Positions 29,134 through 39,219 of a stretch of DNA of 64,000 bases are shown here, piece by piece. The translations under genes were made by a program, and so were the position numbers. Source of the stretch: an uncultured Saprospirales bacterium (GTDB lineage: Bacteria; Bacteroidota; Bacteroidia; Chitinophagales; JADIYW01); assembly GCA_938008535.1 (NCBI GenBank), contig CALLKF010000070.1, positions 950 to 64,949 of the forward strand. The letters run 5' to 3'. The notes under the pieces are model-generated. The model was given only the letters and a program-made list of their open reading frames with translations, was not told the origin of the DNA and did no database searches. The first letter of the stretch is position 1, and every line of letters begins with the position of its first letter.

Positions 29134-30187
29134 TTTATTTTTTATTTCTGTTGGATTTGCTGAAGATGCAATGAAAGAAATAAAAATTACGAAAGAGTGG
29201 AAAGTTAACCCAAATTCTACGGTTGAATTAAATGCTCGTGAACAAATTTATAAGATTGAATTCTGGGACAAAGATTTTGTAAGAATTGACTTTATTATGA
29301 AAACCAATAAATCCGATTTTACAACAAACAATTTGCAAGAAATGTTAGATATAAATGCAAATAGTAGCTTTAATAAATTATCTATAAATACGACTATAGA
29401 CTTCGATAAATCTTCATCAATTTGGAATTGGATTCTAAAAACTAAAGACAAAATTACGAAAAGCACACAATATGAAGCTAAAAGTATTTTGTATTTACCA
29501 AAAAACATAGCGCAGCTAAACCTTACTATTAATTATGGCTTTCTACAGATTGGTGACATCAATATACCATTAAAAATTTCATCCAATTATAGCGACATAA
29601 CCATTGAAAAAAACACAAACAAAACCATTATAAGTTCAACATATGGTGATGTAAACTTAGGAAATTTGAGTAACGTAAAAATAAATTCTAGTTATGGTGA
29701 TTTTATTATTGATAATATTGACACACTGAATAGCAACACTAGTTATTGTGATATTAAACTAACAACTTGTCCTTTTATTCAATCGTTAAGTACAAATTAC
29801 GGCGATATCACCATACAAAAAGTTGGCTCTATAAAAACCACTGCAACCTATTCAGATATTAAAATAAAATCGTTGCAACAAGAACTCAATTCGGTGCTTA
29901 CTTACAGCGATTTAACGATAGATGAAATTGCAAAAACACTCAAAGCAATTGCGATTGTTTCCACGTATTCAGATAATAAAATAAAAGTAAATCCAGAAAA
30001 CCCAATCAATATAAAAATTAAAGATGTAAACGGTGATGTTGATATTAAAAATTCAAGATTGCAATTAAATATTTCTAAAAATGAATCAGAAACAATTTCT
30101 GATATTACTGCAAAAACAAAATCAGCAACAGATGCATCACCAACTATAAAAATAACAAGTAAAAACAGTGATATAATTATTTATTAA
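29105..30187 (+). CDS. secreted beta-helix repeat protein (DUF4097-like putative adhesin)
   Basis: 360 aa with a signal peptide and ~9 repeats of the type S.YGD(I/V).(I/L) or TYSD(I/L).I. Overlaps the anti-sigma gene by 29 nt. Confidence 0.6.
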   Translation: MKSLLTILASLFFISVGFAEDAMKEIKITKEWKVNPNSTVELNAREQIYKIEFWDKDFVRIDFIMKTNKSDFTTNNLQEMLDINANSSFNKLSINTTIDFDKSSSIWNWILKTKDKITKSTQYEAKSILYLPKNIAQLNLTINYGFLQIGDINIPLKISSNYSDITIEKNTNKTIISSTYGDVNLGNLSNVKINSSYGDFIIDNIDTLNSNTSYCDIKLTTCPFIQSLSTNYGDITIQKVGSIKTTATYSDIKIKSLQQELNSVLTYSDLTIDEIAKTLKAIAIVSTYSDNKIKVNPENPINIKIKDVNGDVDIKNSRLQLNISKNESETISDITAKTKSATDASPTIKITSKNSDIIIY

Positions 30188-30204
30188 ACTAATAAACAAC
30201 CAAC

Positions 30205-30915
30205 ATGCAAACACAAAAAACAACCATAAAAACAATTTTATCATTAATGATTATAATTGCATTCCATTCAGTTTCGATTGCACAGAATGAAACTATAACA
30301 AAAAACTTTATTATAACAGAATTTAGTAAATTAAAAATAAGCAACTCATTTCAAGTAGAATTTATTCATAGTAATGAAAACAAAGTTACCGTTGAAATAG
30401 AAGAAAGAACTCTAAAAAACCTATCTGTTACAAACATCAACAACGAACTATCTATAAAATTAAAAGATTGCAATTATTGCAGAACAAAAACCTTGAAAGC
30501 AACAGTTTATGGCAATTCTTTAACTGAAATTTATGTAAGTGGAGCATCTACTTTTACAAGTGATTACAATTTCATTGAGAAAGAAATTTCCATAAAAAAT
30601 TCTGGCGCCTCTAAAATAGACATATCAGTGAAAACTGAGAAATTGGAAGTAGATATATCTGGCGCTTCCAAAATTAATTTAAATGGTTACGCAACAAAAC
30701 TGTTACTTGATGCATCAGGTGCTTCAAATTACAATGGTAAAAAATGTAAAAATAATTATGCAGATATTAGTGCATCTGGTGCATCAAAAGTAATTATTGA
30801 TTGCAGCGATACGTTAGATGTAAAAGCAAGTGGTGCATCTTCAATAAAATATATTAGTACGCCAAAAACGGTAAATAAAATAACATCTGGTGCATCTAAT
30901 GTAAATTCATATTAA
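30205..30915 (+). CDS. DUF2807 (head-GIN domain) repeat protein
   Basis: 236 aa with a signal peptide and seven SGAS(K/N/S/T) repeats spaced ~20 aa apart. Confidence 0.7.
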   Translation: MQTQKTTIKTILSLMIIIAFHSVSIAQNETITKNFIITEFSKLKISNSFQVEFIHSNENKVTVEIEERTLKNLSVTNINNELSIKLKDCNYCRTKTLKATVYGNSLTEIYVSGASTFTSDYNFIEKEISIKNSGASKIDISVKTEKLEVDISGASKINLNGYATKLLLDASGASNYNGKKCKNNYADISASGASKVIIDCSDTLDVKASGASSIKYISTPKTVNKITSGASNVNSY

Positions 30916-31001
30916 TCGTTCAAAAAAATATTTCAATCATTTTGTAATAAAAAAATAAAATTTACCACTAACTATTTTGGTAAGAATTTAATATTGTATT
31001 T

Positions 31002-33440
31002 ATGCGCTATCTTTTTTCAATCTCATTGCTTTTATTGATATCTACAACAATTTTTGGTAACACCATAAAAGGGACTGTACTAGATGAAAACAAAAAACCG
31101 ATAGAGTTTTGCAACATTATTTTGCATAAATACAACGATTCAACTTATTTAAATGGCACGACAACTGACAGCTTAGGTAAATTTGAAATCAAAGACATAA
31201 AACCAGAAAATTATTTCATGGAAATTATTTATGTTGGATACAAAACAGATACAGTTCAAGCAATTATAGAAGTTAAAAATGATGCTGAAGGAGTTTTTGA
31301 TTTTGGAATCATTGAACTTAAAGTTGAAGCAAATATGTTGAAAGGTGTAGAAATTACATCAACAAAACCAATTATTGAACGCAAAGCAGATCGCATAGTT
31401 TACAACGTAGAAAATAGTGCAAAATCAAGTGGCGAAAGTGTGATGGATTTATTGCGTTCCGTTCCTGGAGTTACGGTAAACGGAAACGACGAAATTCGTG
31501 TAAATGGCAAAAACCAAGTACAAGTAATGATAAACGGAAAAGTAGAACAATTGACTGGTGACCAACTTGCTAGTTTATTAAAATCTATTCAAAGTTCAAA
31601 CGTAAAAAAAATTGAAGTGGTAAGCAATCCATCAGCAAGATATGATGCAAATGCAAAAGGTGGTGTTTTAGAAATTCAATTAAAATCAAACCTCAGAACT
31701 GGAACCAATGGTTCTGTATTTGCAAATTATCGACAAAATGAATATGCAAGCACAGAAACTGGTTTTAATATTAATGTGAATCACAAAAAAATTACTTTAA
31801 GCACCAACTATAATTTTGGATACAACAACAACTATCAAAAAAACACATTTGTACGCAATTTCACAACCACAAACTCAGTTGAACGATTTGATGAAAATAG
31901 TTTTGATAAAAATAAATTCATAAGTCATTATGCAAATCTTAGTTTAAAATACAACATAAATGATAAAAATACAATCGGAATTGGTGGTGAATTATTTCAA
32001 TTTAAAAATCCACATACTTCAACCTCAAATTTAAATATTATCAATAATGTTCTTTCATCAGAAAATGTAAATTCTATTCAAAAAACAATAAATACTGCAG
32101 ATGTAAAAAGCATAAACCCATCAGCTAATTTTAATTTTAGAAGTCAATTAGACAGCACTGGTAGTACTTTAGAATTTACCTACGATTATACATACTTCAA
32201 TTTATATACACTTAGTCATTTAAATATGGCATACTTAGATTCAAATGCAGTTGAAAAAAACATTCCACGTTTAGATTTTAAACAAGACAATCCTTACATT
32301 GTAAATCTGCATACTTCAAAAGTAAATTATAACAAAACATTAAAACATGAACATAGCATTGAAGTTGGTGTAAAATTTACTTGGACAAAAACCAGCAACG
32401 ATATAAAATTTAATAACTTAATCGGAAACGACTATATAATAGACAGCACTAAATCAAACAAATTTCAATACATTGAAAATATCAATGCAGTATTTTCTAC
32501 ATGGAGCAAAAACTGGAAAAAAGGATGGAGCACCAATCTCGGTTTGCGCATTGAACAAACCAATACCAACCAACAATCTTACACATTAAATTCCATCACC
32601 AAAAGACACTATGTTGATTTTTTTCCAAGTTTATTTATTCAAAAAAGCATCAAAGAAAAACACAGTATAAATATTAATTACAGCAGAAAAATTCAACGAC
32701 CTGATTTTAATGATTTAAATCCTTTTCAATTTTATTTGAGTCCTTATTCTGTTTGGACTGGAAATGCAAATCTAAAACCTCAATATATTAATGTTACGGA
32801 ATTCACCTATACTTTTAAAAATGCATACAGCTTTTTTATTGGACATGAGAATTTAAACAACAACTATACACATTTAATTTTTCAAGATGACAGCACAAAA
32901 ATTTCTACTTATCGAGCTAGCAATTTTAAAATACGAAACAACTTAAATATTGGATTTAACATCAACAAGGAAATATTTAAATGGTGGACTATTTCTTATT
33001 CTGCACAATACACGTTTTTCAAATACAACTCCATTGTAAACAATTCACCATTTATCGTTTCTTCTCACAAATTCAATATTTCATTAGATAATACTTTTAT
33101 TTTGCCAAAAGGATTCATGATTAATGTATTTGGTTTTTATACTTCACCACATTACGATGCAACTGATATTATGAAAAGTGATGGCATGTTGAATATTTCA
33201 CTATCCAAAACATTTTTTGATAAGAAATTAAGAATCAGAATTGCTGGAAATGATATTTTAGCTACTAAAAACATGTCATACACCACTAATTATTTCAATG
33301 TAAATTCTAAAACAACCAATAAATGGAGTTCACGTTTTTTCAGCTTAACCGTTTCGTATAATTTTCAAAAAGGGAAAAAATTCCAAAATTCTCGTGTAAA
33401 CAAAAGTAACGAAGAAGAGAAAAGCAGAATAGGTGGTTAA
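31002..33440 (+). CDS. outer-membrane beta-barrel receptor (CarboxypepD_reg N-domain plus plug plus barrel; TonB-dependent-receptor-like)
   Basis: 812 aa. N-terminal GTVLDENKKPIEFCNIIL...Y.TTDSLGKFEI, plug-like VMDLLRSVPGVTVNGNDEIRVNG, and a long Y/N-rich barrel. Confidence 0.8.
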   Translation: MRYLFSISLLLLISTTIFGNTIKGTVLDENKKPIEFCNIILHKYNDSTYLNGTTTDSLGKFEIKDIKPENYFMEIIYVGYKTDTVQAIIEVKNDAEGVFDFGIIELKVEANMLKGVEITSTKPIIERKADRIVYNVENSAKSSGESVMDLLRSVPGVTVNGNDEIRVNGKNQVQVMINGKVEQLTGDQLASLLKSIQSSNVKKIEVVSNPSARYDANAKGGVLEIQLKSNLRTGTNGSVFANYRQNEYASTETGFNINVNHKKITLSTNYNFGYNNNYQKNTFVRNFTTTNSVERFDENSFDKNKFISHYANLSLKYNINDKNTIGIGGELFQFKNPHTSTSNLNIINNVLSSENVNSIQKTINTADVKSINPSANFNFRSQLDSTGSTLEFTYDYTYFNLYTLSHLNMAYLDSNAVEKNIPRLDFKQDNPYIVNLHTSKVNYNKTLKHEHSIEVGVKFTWTKTSNDIKFNNLIGNDYIIDSTKSNKFQYIENINAVFSTWSKNWKKGWSTNLGLRIEQTNTNQQSYTLNSITKRHYVDFFPSLFIQKSIKEKHSININYSRKIQRPDFNDLNPFQFYLSPYSVWTGNANLKPQYINVTEFTYTFKNAYSFFIGHENLNNNYTHLIFQDDSTKISTYRASNFKIRNNLNIGFNINKEIFKWWTISYSAQYTFFKYNSIVNNSPFIVSSHKFNISLDNTFILPKGFMINVFGFYTSPHYDATDIMKSDGMLNISLSKTFFDKKLRIRIAGNDILATKNMSYTTNYFNVNSKTTNKWSSRFFSLTVSYNFQKGKKFQNSRVNKSNEEEKSRIGG

Positions 33441-33477
33441 ATTAATTTTCGTACTTTTGAGATTCAATTTTTGAAGT

Positions 33478-34878
33478 ATGCAAATTAAATTTGGAACAGA
33501 CGGCTGGCGCGCCATTATTGCGCAAGAATTTACTACTGATAACGTAGCACGCGTTGCATATGCAACAGCAGGTTGGGTAAAATCCATCTCAGAAAAACCT
33601 AGTATCACGATTGGTCACGATTGTCGTTTTGCTGGACCACTTTTTACTGAAGTAACCATAAAAGTTTTATGCAATGAAGGTGTGAAAGTATATACACACA
33701 AAGGCATCTGCTCTACACCAATGATTTCATTAGGTTGCGTAAAATTAAATACTACTGCTGGCGTGGTGATTACTGCATCACACAATCCACCGACGTACAA
33801 TGGTTATAAATTAAAATCAAATTTTGGAGGACCAAGCACACCTGCAGATATTGCCATTGTAGAAAGTTTAATTCCAGAAAAAGCTGAAATTCCAACAACA
33901 TCTTTAGATGAATTTGTAGCAAATGGTTTGTTAGAATATGTTGATTTAGAAACGATGTATTTTAAACATGTAGAAGCTTCTTTTGACATGGAATCTATTC
34001 GAAACGGTGGAATGACTTTCGGTTACGATGCGATGTTTGGTGCTGGACAAAAAATTGTTCGACGATTATTGCCAAAAAACTTAGTGTATTTGCATTGCGA
34101 AGAAAATCCAGGTTTTAATGGACAAGCTCCAGAACCTTTACATAAAAATTTATTAGAATTTTCTAATCTAATAAAAAAATCTACTGATATAGAATTTGGC
34201 TTTGCAAACGATGGCGACGCAGATAGAATTGGTTGTTATGATAACGAAGGAAACTTCATTGATTCGCATCATGTACTTTTATTGTTGATTCATTATTTGC
34301 ATAAATACAAAGGTTTATCAGGCAAAGTTGCTATTTCGTTTACCGTTTCTGATAAAATAAAGAAAATGTGCGATGCCTATAATTTGCCATGCGAAGTAAC
34401 ACCAGTTGGTTTTAAATATGTGTGCGAAATTATGGTAAATGAAAACGTATTAGTTGGTGGCGAAGAAAGCGGTGGCATCGCTATCACAGGTCATATTCCA
34501 GAACGAGATGGTGTTTGGATAGCGTTAGTGTTGATGGAATTTATGGCAAAAACTGGAAAAACAATTAAGGAATTAATTGCAGAAGTATATGAAGTAGTTG
34601 GCGTATTTGATTATGATAGATATGACTTACATATTTCTGAAGAAATAAAACAAAAAGTAATTGCTAACTGCAAAAACGATGCATATAAAAATTTCGGAAA
34701 ATACGCTATCGAACGCAAGGAAAATATCGATGGTTGGAAATATTTCTTAGGTGATGGCATTTGGACAATGATTCGCGCATCAGGCACCGAACCAGTGTTG
34801 CGTGTATATGCACAAGCAAAAGACAGAGCTGCAGTAATTGATGTTTTGGAAACCGTGAAGGTAACGTTACTAAACTAA
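33478..34878 (+). CDS. phosphoglucomutase/phosphomannomutase family (alpha-D-phosphohexomutase)
   Basis: 466 aa with FGTDGWR, the active-site TASHNPPTYNGYK, the Mg site FANDGDADR and GEESGG. Confidence 0.9.
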   Translation: MQIKFGTDGWRAIIAQEFTTDNVARVAYATAGWVKSISEKPSITIGHDCRFAGPLFTEVTIKVLCNEGVKVYTHKGICSTPMISLGCVKLNTTAGVVITASHNPPTYNGYKLKSNFGGPSTPADIAIVESLIPEKAEIPTTSLDEFVANGLLEYVDLETMYFKHVEASFDMESIRNGGMTFGYDAMFGAGQKIVRRLLPKNLVYLHCEENPGFNGQAPEPLHKNLLEFSNLIKKSTDIEFGFANDGDADRIGCYDNEGNFIDSHHVLLLLIHYLHKYKGLSGKVAISFTVSDKIKKMCDAYNLPCEVTPVGFKYVCEIMVNENVLVGGEESGGIAITGHIPERDGVWIALVLMEFMAKTGKTIKELIAEVYEVVGVFDYDRYDLHISEEIKQKVIANCKNDAYKNFGKYAIERKENIDGWKYFLGDGIWTMIRASGTEPVLRVYAQAKDRAAVIDVLETVKVTLLN

Positions 34879-34915
34879 TTTAGACAATTTTTTAATTTAC
34901 TATTCGAAAATATTT

Positions 34916-34954
34916 AATCGAGAAACTTACTCATTCAGTTTAAGTTTCTCGATT
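34916..34954. terminator. 13-bp perfect hairpin, bidirectional terminator between convergent genes
   Basis: AATCGAGAAACTT (34916-34928) pairs with AAGTTTCTCGATT (34942-34954), followed by ATTTTATTT. The loop and 3' arm overlap the last codons of the minus-strand gene. Confidence 0.7.
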
Positions 34955-36087
34955 ATTTTATTTCTTTTATTCATTACTTTTAAATCTACTCTTGTATAAA
35001 AGAAATACGATAAAATGTAGGCAAATGCCATCCAAAACAGGTAACTCAAGAATACATGTTTAGCTGCATTAAAACCAATAAGATGCAGAATTATCGCAAC
35101 AAATATGGCGAAAGTACCATGCAATAAAAACATACTGTACGATATATTGCTGGTAAAAAGGATAAAGTGATTGACAAAATTATCTTTAAATTTCACCGTT
35201 TTTAAACATGGCAAAAAACACATAAACCCTAATGGACCAACCAAATAAAACAAGGTAAAAAAATAGAACGTTGCGTATTTATTTACAGGCAAATATCCAT
35301 TTGCAGTACACCAATAAAGTGCCATATTTCCTAAATAGATAAGCAATCCAATTGCTAAAAATCTATATCGATTGTTGTGCCAAAAGTCTTGATAGAAATA
35401 GCATATATACGCAGCCAACAAACCAACTGCAATAGTGTCTAAACGTAGTATTACAATTTCTTTAAACTTAAAAAAATCCAACACCGTATGGTTTGGAAAA
35501 ACATAGAAGTAGTAATAGACTTTTAATAAATTACAAACAATTATATAGAGCAACACAATAAAGATGAAAGATTTTCTTTTAGTTACTTTAAACGCAGTGG
35601 TAGTCAAATAAAAAATTATTGGAAACGAAAAATAAAACCATTCTTCTACAGAAATAGTCCAAGTTTCTGTATAAAACTCAACATGATTCGCGAACAAGTT
35701 ATGTGTAAAAAAATAATTAGCAAATGGAATTTCAAAATTTTTATTGTACAATAAAGTAAGCACTACTAAAATCGTAAGTATTAAATAATAACTCGGCAAC
35801 GTTCGAACCCAACGCATCACTAAAAATCGTGCAGTATATTTTGGTGTAATTTTATCGAGCTTATGTATATCTTTTAGATGATGGTATCCAATTAAAAAAC
35901 CACTACAAACAAAAAACATATCTACTGGATCTGGAAACGGAATTTTCTTAAAATCTAATCCAATTAAATTTGCCGTAATTTGTAAAAAATGCATATGCAT
36001 CACCAATACCACAGAAAAAGCACGCACGATATCAAAACCAAAATATCTTTTTTCTGGATTTGTATTTATTTTAAAAATAGACAGCAT
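34927..36087 (-). CDS. acyltransferase family 3 membrane O-acyltransferase
   Basis: 386 aa with ~10 TM segments and the N-terminal FDIVRAFSVVLVMHMH motif. Confidence 0.8.
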   Translation of the reverse strand: MLSIFKINTNPEKRYFGFDIVRAFSVVLVMHMHFLQITANLIGLDFKKIPFPDPVDMFFVCSGFLIGYHHLKDIHKLDKITPKYTARFLVMRWVRTLPSYYLILTILVVLTLLYNKNFEIPFANYFFTHNLFANHVEFYTETWTISVEEWFYFSFPIIFYLTTTAFKVTKRKSFIFIVLLYIIVCNLLKVYYYFYVFPNHTVLDFFKFKEIVILRLDTIAVGLLAAYICYFYQDFWHNNRYRFLAIGLLIYLGNMALYWCTANGYLPVNKYATFYFFTLFYLVGPLGFMCFLPCLKTVKFKDNFVNHFILFTSNISYSMFLLHGTFAIFVAIILHLIGFNAAKHVFLSYLFWMAFAYILSYFFYTRVDLKVMNKRNKIIEKLKLNE

Positions 36088-36246
36088 TTATTCAACTCTT
36101 TAAGTTTAGTACAATATAATTAATATAGGTTTGATAAGACAATGACCAAAATAAACAATTAAAGTGAGTCTTGCAAATTGCTTTATAGATTCTATCTTTT
36201 GGCTATTGTATTAATTTATTATTGAATATCTTTAAGTAACTATTTT

Positions 36247-38217
36247 ATGCAAAAAACCAAGCAAATACTATTCATCAGCATATTGTTCATCAGCAATATA
36301 ATATTTGCGCAAACAAAAATCATCGATAGTTTAGTACAAAAAGCAAACACTGCACAAACAAAAAAGGAAAAACTACAACAACTTTTATTGCTCTGTGAAC
36401 AACACCAAAGTATTCATAAAGATAGCTTATGGCAATACGCATTGCGTGCAAAAGAATTGGCTGCAAACACAAATAAACAATCCATTGGCTTAGCAAACAT
36501 TGCCATCATCAATGCATTGTTGCGTTTTGATAAAGTAGATACTGCACTGAAAATTATTAAAAGTGAATTAAAAAATTATTCAGTAAATGATAAAACTGAA
36601 CAAAGGATTTTTTTCAGCTTACAAGAATTAAAAAGCAATTGCTATAGTGCTATTTCAAATTACAAAGATGCAGTTGCCATTATGTACAACACCATTGGAT
36701 TTGCAGAAAAATACGACGACACTGCAACCTTAGCCATCAGCTACAATTCACTAGGCGAAATTGCGTACAATAGAGATATGATTGACGAATCATTTCAGTG
36801 GTTTTTTAAATCGTTGGCTCTTACTCAAAATAAAAAAGAATACAAAGCAGAAAAAGCAGTTTCATATATCAACTTAGCAATTGTATATGGCTGGCTTGGC
36901 AAATCAGATTCAGCAAAATACTATATTCAACAATCGATTCCGATTTGTTACGAAATTCAAAACTTATACTATTTATGCAATGCATTACTCAACGAATCGA
37001 GTAATTATAAAAATGCAAAAAATTATAAAGAAGCAGAAAGAGTAATGTTAGAGGCGATGGAAATTCGCAAAAAAACAGAAGGCAGAATTGTATTTTCTAA
37101 TGAGCAGTTAGCATTGGGAAATTTATACAATCGTTCAGGTCAATACGACAAAGCTATTAAGATTTTCAAAGACGGTTTGGCTTATGATGATTCTGTAAAC
37201 ATTGGCGTTGCTGCAACTCATAAAAAAAAATCAAACCTAACTATTCGTCTTTACTATCTTTTGGGTTTGTCGCGAAGTTATAAAGCGAAAGGCGATCTTG
37301 TTTTGTATAGCGAAATGCTGCAAAATCTGATTGCGATAAAAGATACGCTGTATGAAGTAAATGCTGCTGATGCAATGGCTGATATGCAAGTAAAATACGA
37401 AACGCAGAAAAAAGAAAACACCATCATTCAACAACAATTAGATTTATCGAAGAAGAATAATTTGCTTTATGGTTCAATTGGCTTATTGGCTGCGTTGGCT
37501 ATCATTTTTGGAATTTTATTTTGGAGTTACAAGAGCAGACAAGAACTAAAACTGCAGCAACAAATTGAAGAAGACAAATGGCTAACGCAACAGGAAGTAG
37601 CCAAAGCAGAAGAAAAAGAACGTAGCAGAATTGCTGCTGATTTGCACGATAACTTAGGTGTCTATGCAGCATCTATCGCATCCAATCTGAATCATATAAA
37701 AGTTGATGAACAACATACAGAAAATGTAATTGCGTTAAATGAATTGCGCAATAATTCGCAAGCTATTGTTTCGCAATTAAATGATACAATTTGGGTTTTA
37801 AAGAAAGACATCATCTTGTTAACTTCTGTTTGTGATAGAATAAAATTATTAATCAGCAGAACACAAAAAAGTTTTCCAGATATCGAATTTAATGCTTCAG
37901 AAGATATTGAAAACGATGTAGAATTTAGTGCATCGCATGCGTATCATTTATATCGCATTATTCAAGAAGCCATTAACAACGCACTTAAACACAGCCAATG
38001 CAGCAAGATAGACATTGATGTAAACAGCCACGAAAACTGGACAATTTCAATTGCAGACAATGGTGTTGGCATCAGCGAAACTAGCAATAAAATTAAGGAA
38101 GGTGGTAATGGATTATTAAATATGCAGGCACGTGGCACAGAAGTTGGCTGGACAATTACTTGGCAACAAATGCAAAACAACGGAACCAAAGTAGTCATTG
38201 CGCCTACTACAAATTGA
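36247..38217 (+). CDS. sensor histidine kinase with periplasmic/TPR-like N-terminal region (HisKA_3/NarL-partner type)
   Basis: 656 aa: signal peptide, TPR-like repeats, one TM segment (LLYGSIGLLAALAIIFGILFW), H-box ERSRIAADLHDNLG, and an ATPase N-box (EAINNALKHS) and G-box (DNGVGI). Confidence 0.85.
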   Translation: MQKTKQILFISILFISNIIFAQTKIIDSLVQKANTAQTKKEKLQQLLLLCEQHQSIHKDSLWQYALRAKELAANTNKQSIGLANIAIINALLRFDKVDTALKIIKSELKNYSVNDKTEQRIFFSLQELKSNCYSAISNYKDAVAIMYNTIGFAEKYDDTATLAISYNSLGEIAYNRDMIDESFQWFFKSLALTQNKKEYKAEKAVSYINLAIVYGWLGKSDSAKYYIQQSIPICYEIQNLYYLCNALLNESSNYKNAKNYKEAERVMLEAMEIRKKTEGRIVFSNEQLALGNLYNRSGQYDKAIKIFKDGLAYDDSVNIGVAATHKKKSNLTIRLYYLLGLSRSYKAKGDLVLYSEMLQNLIAIKDTLYEVNAADAMADMQVKYETQKKENTIIQQQLDLSKKNNLLYGSIGLLAALAIIFGILFWSYKSRQELKLQQQIEEDKWLTQQEVAKAEEKERSRIAADLHDNLGVYAASIASNLNHIKVDEQHTENVIALNELRNNSQAIVSQLNDTIWVLKKDIILLTSVCDRIKLLISRTQKSFPDIEFNASEDIENDVEFSASHAYHLYRIIQEAINNALKHSQCSKIDIDVNSHENWTISIADNGVGISETSNKIKEGGNGLLNMQARGTEVGWTITWQQMQNNGTKVVIAPTTN

Positions 38218-38266
38218 TTATATTTTATATAAACAAAGTAACCTAATATTGAGTAAAATAAATAAG

Positions 38267-38932
38267 ATGAATTACAGAATAGCCGTTACAGAAGACAATG
38301 CAATCAACAGAAATGTTTTTTTGAATAAAGCAAAAGAAATGGCTGATATTAAATTAGTGTTTGTTGCAGTTGAAGGAAACGATTGCTTAGAACAACTAAA
38401 AGGGTTGCCTCACAATAATTTACCACAAGTTATTTTTATGGATCTGGAAATGCCAAAGATGGATGGCATCGAAACTATACAGATTGCAAAATCATTATAT
38501 CCAAATATTCATTTTATTGTGCTCACGGTTTTTGATGATGATGATAAAATTTTTGAAGCCATCAAAGCAGGTGCATCTGGTTATTTATTGAAACACGAAC
38601 CAGCTACTATTTTATATGAAGCACTCATCAACGTTATCGAAACTGGTGGTGCGCCGATGAGTCCTGCAATTGCGCGCAAAACTTTGAAACTATTAAGCGG
38701 CACAGCCACGCAGGCTATTGACAATAAAAGCAACATGCCTGAATTTATTACCGAACGTGAAAAAGAAATTCTAAAACATACCATCAACGGTTGGGACGCC
38801 AAACGCATCAGTTCCGAACTTAATTTAAGCGTACTTACCGTTCGCAAACACATCGCTAATATTTATGAGAAGCTGCACGTAAGTTCCAAAGCGCAAATTA
38901 TTTCGCTGGCACATAAAAATAAGTGGATGTAG
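38267..38932 (+). CDS. response regulator, LuxR/NarL-type HTH
   Basis: Starts MNYRIAVTEDNAI. Receiver Asp in VIFMDLEMPKMDG, and a C-terminal LTEREKEILKH...VRKHIANIYEKL. The track start at 38198 is an extension overlapping the kinase gene. Confidence 0.9.
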   Translation: MNYRIAVTEDNAINRNVFLNKAKEMADIKLVFVAVEGNDCLEQLKGLPHNNLPQVIFMDLEMPKMDGIETIQIAKSLYPNIHFIVLTVFDDDDKIFEAIKAGASGYLLKHEPATILYEALINVIETGGAPMSPAIARKTLKLLSGTATQAIDNKSNMPEFITEREKEILKHTINGWDAKRISSELNLSVLTVRKHIANIYEKLHVSSKAQIISLAHKNKWM

Positions 38933-38965
38933 AAGAGCAAGAAACAAATAATAAGGACTAAAGAA

Positions 38966-39085
38966 TCAAACATCTTCGCCATTAATATTCGCCGTGAGTA
39001 CTTCACACAAATAATCTAAAAAAAGATGCATGTTTTTAAATCTTTGAAAGTCGAGTTTTACAGTTATTGTTCTGCATTTATCTAA
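38966..39085 (-). pseudogene. C-terminal remnant (39 codons) of a DUF2461/TIGR02453-like gene
   Basis: Translates to LDKCRTITVKLDFQRFKNMHLFLDYLCEVLTANINGEDV*. The intact copy ends ...FVKLANQTFKNMRPFLDYMSEVLVTDINGQEI*. A stop lies immediately upstream and there is no start codon. Confidence 0.65.
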
Positions 39086-39219
39086 TCATTTTTATTAAAG
39101 ATGTAGATGAATCTCATAGATATTGCACAAACATAACTATTTTGCGGCCTATCTTATTTTACTTTTTAATTGGTTTACTATAAATGATAGGAGTCAATAT
39201 CACACGTTAAATTAAAATA

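Noticed and set aside
38933-39219. The 287-nt ORF-free gap after the response regulator as a candidate sRNA locus
   Set aside because: About 120 nt of it is explained by the DUF2461 C-terminal remnant. In the remainder I saw no convincing promoter plus terminator pair.
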